Positions 63,956-64,000 of a stretch of DNA of 64,000 nt are shown here, piece after piece. Both the position numbers and the translations under genes were made by a program. The number at the start of each line of letters is the position of its first letter. Within the stretch, counting starts at the first letter, position 1. Under the pieces are notes generated by a model. That model saw nothing but the letters and a program-made list of their open reading frames with translations. It had not been told where the DNA came from and searched no databases. This stretch comes from Tubulanus polymorphus. Taxonomy: Eukaryota; Animalia; Nemertea. Location of the stretch: the NCBI RefSeq assembly GCF_964204645.1, contig NC_134029.1:14750950-14814949 (forward strand), in the 5' to 3' direction.

Positions 63956-64000
63956 GTAATAAACGTATACTGTCCTATCAGCAGTAGTTATTTGTACCAG

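Overview
AT-rich animal genomic DNA, probably from a marine invertebrate (inferred from the repeat content). The whole window lies inside one + strand gene, a DmX-like/Rabconnectin-3 alpha homolog (DMXL1/2, RAVE/Rav1 family). I could splice 13 internal exons by hand (1589-63955) with consistent GT-AG phases; the gene start and end lie outside the window. The introns are packed with transposable elements: an inverted Penelope-like element with a 12-bp TSD and a candidate hammerhead ribozyme, two decayed BEL/Pao fragments, L2/CR1-group LINEs, many Helentron-associated non-autonomous elements (HINEs), and piggyBac-, MULE- and hAT-like MITEs. The most unusual object is a 5.9-kb, very AT-rich element at 26644-32551 that is palindromic along its whole length around a 41-bp spacer. 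It has AGT...ACT termini and a 6-bp TSD (AAGATA), which is the Polinton/Maverick integration signature. Its ends are nested hairpins, and each arm carries three small intronless virus-like ORFs (two with C2H2-type zinc fingers, two with a hydrophobic helix) plus a 24-bp tandem array (20 vs 44 units). No integrase, polymerase or capsid gene is visible. It sits inside a HINE that itself sits inside another HINE. All calls come from reading the sequence; no searches were run.
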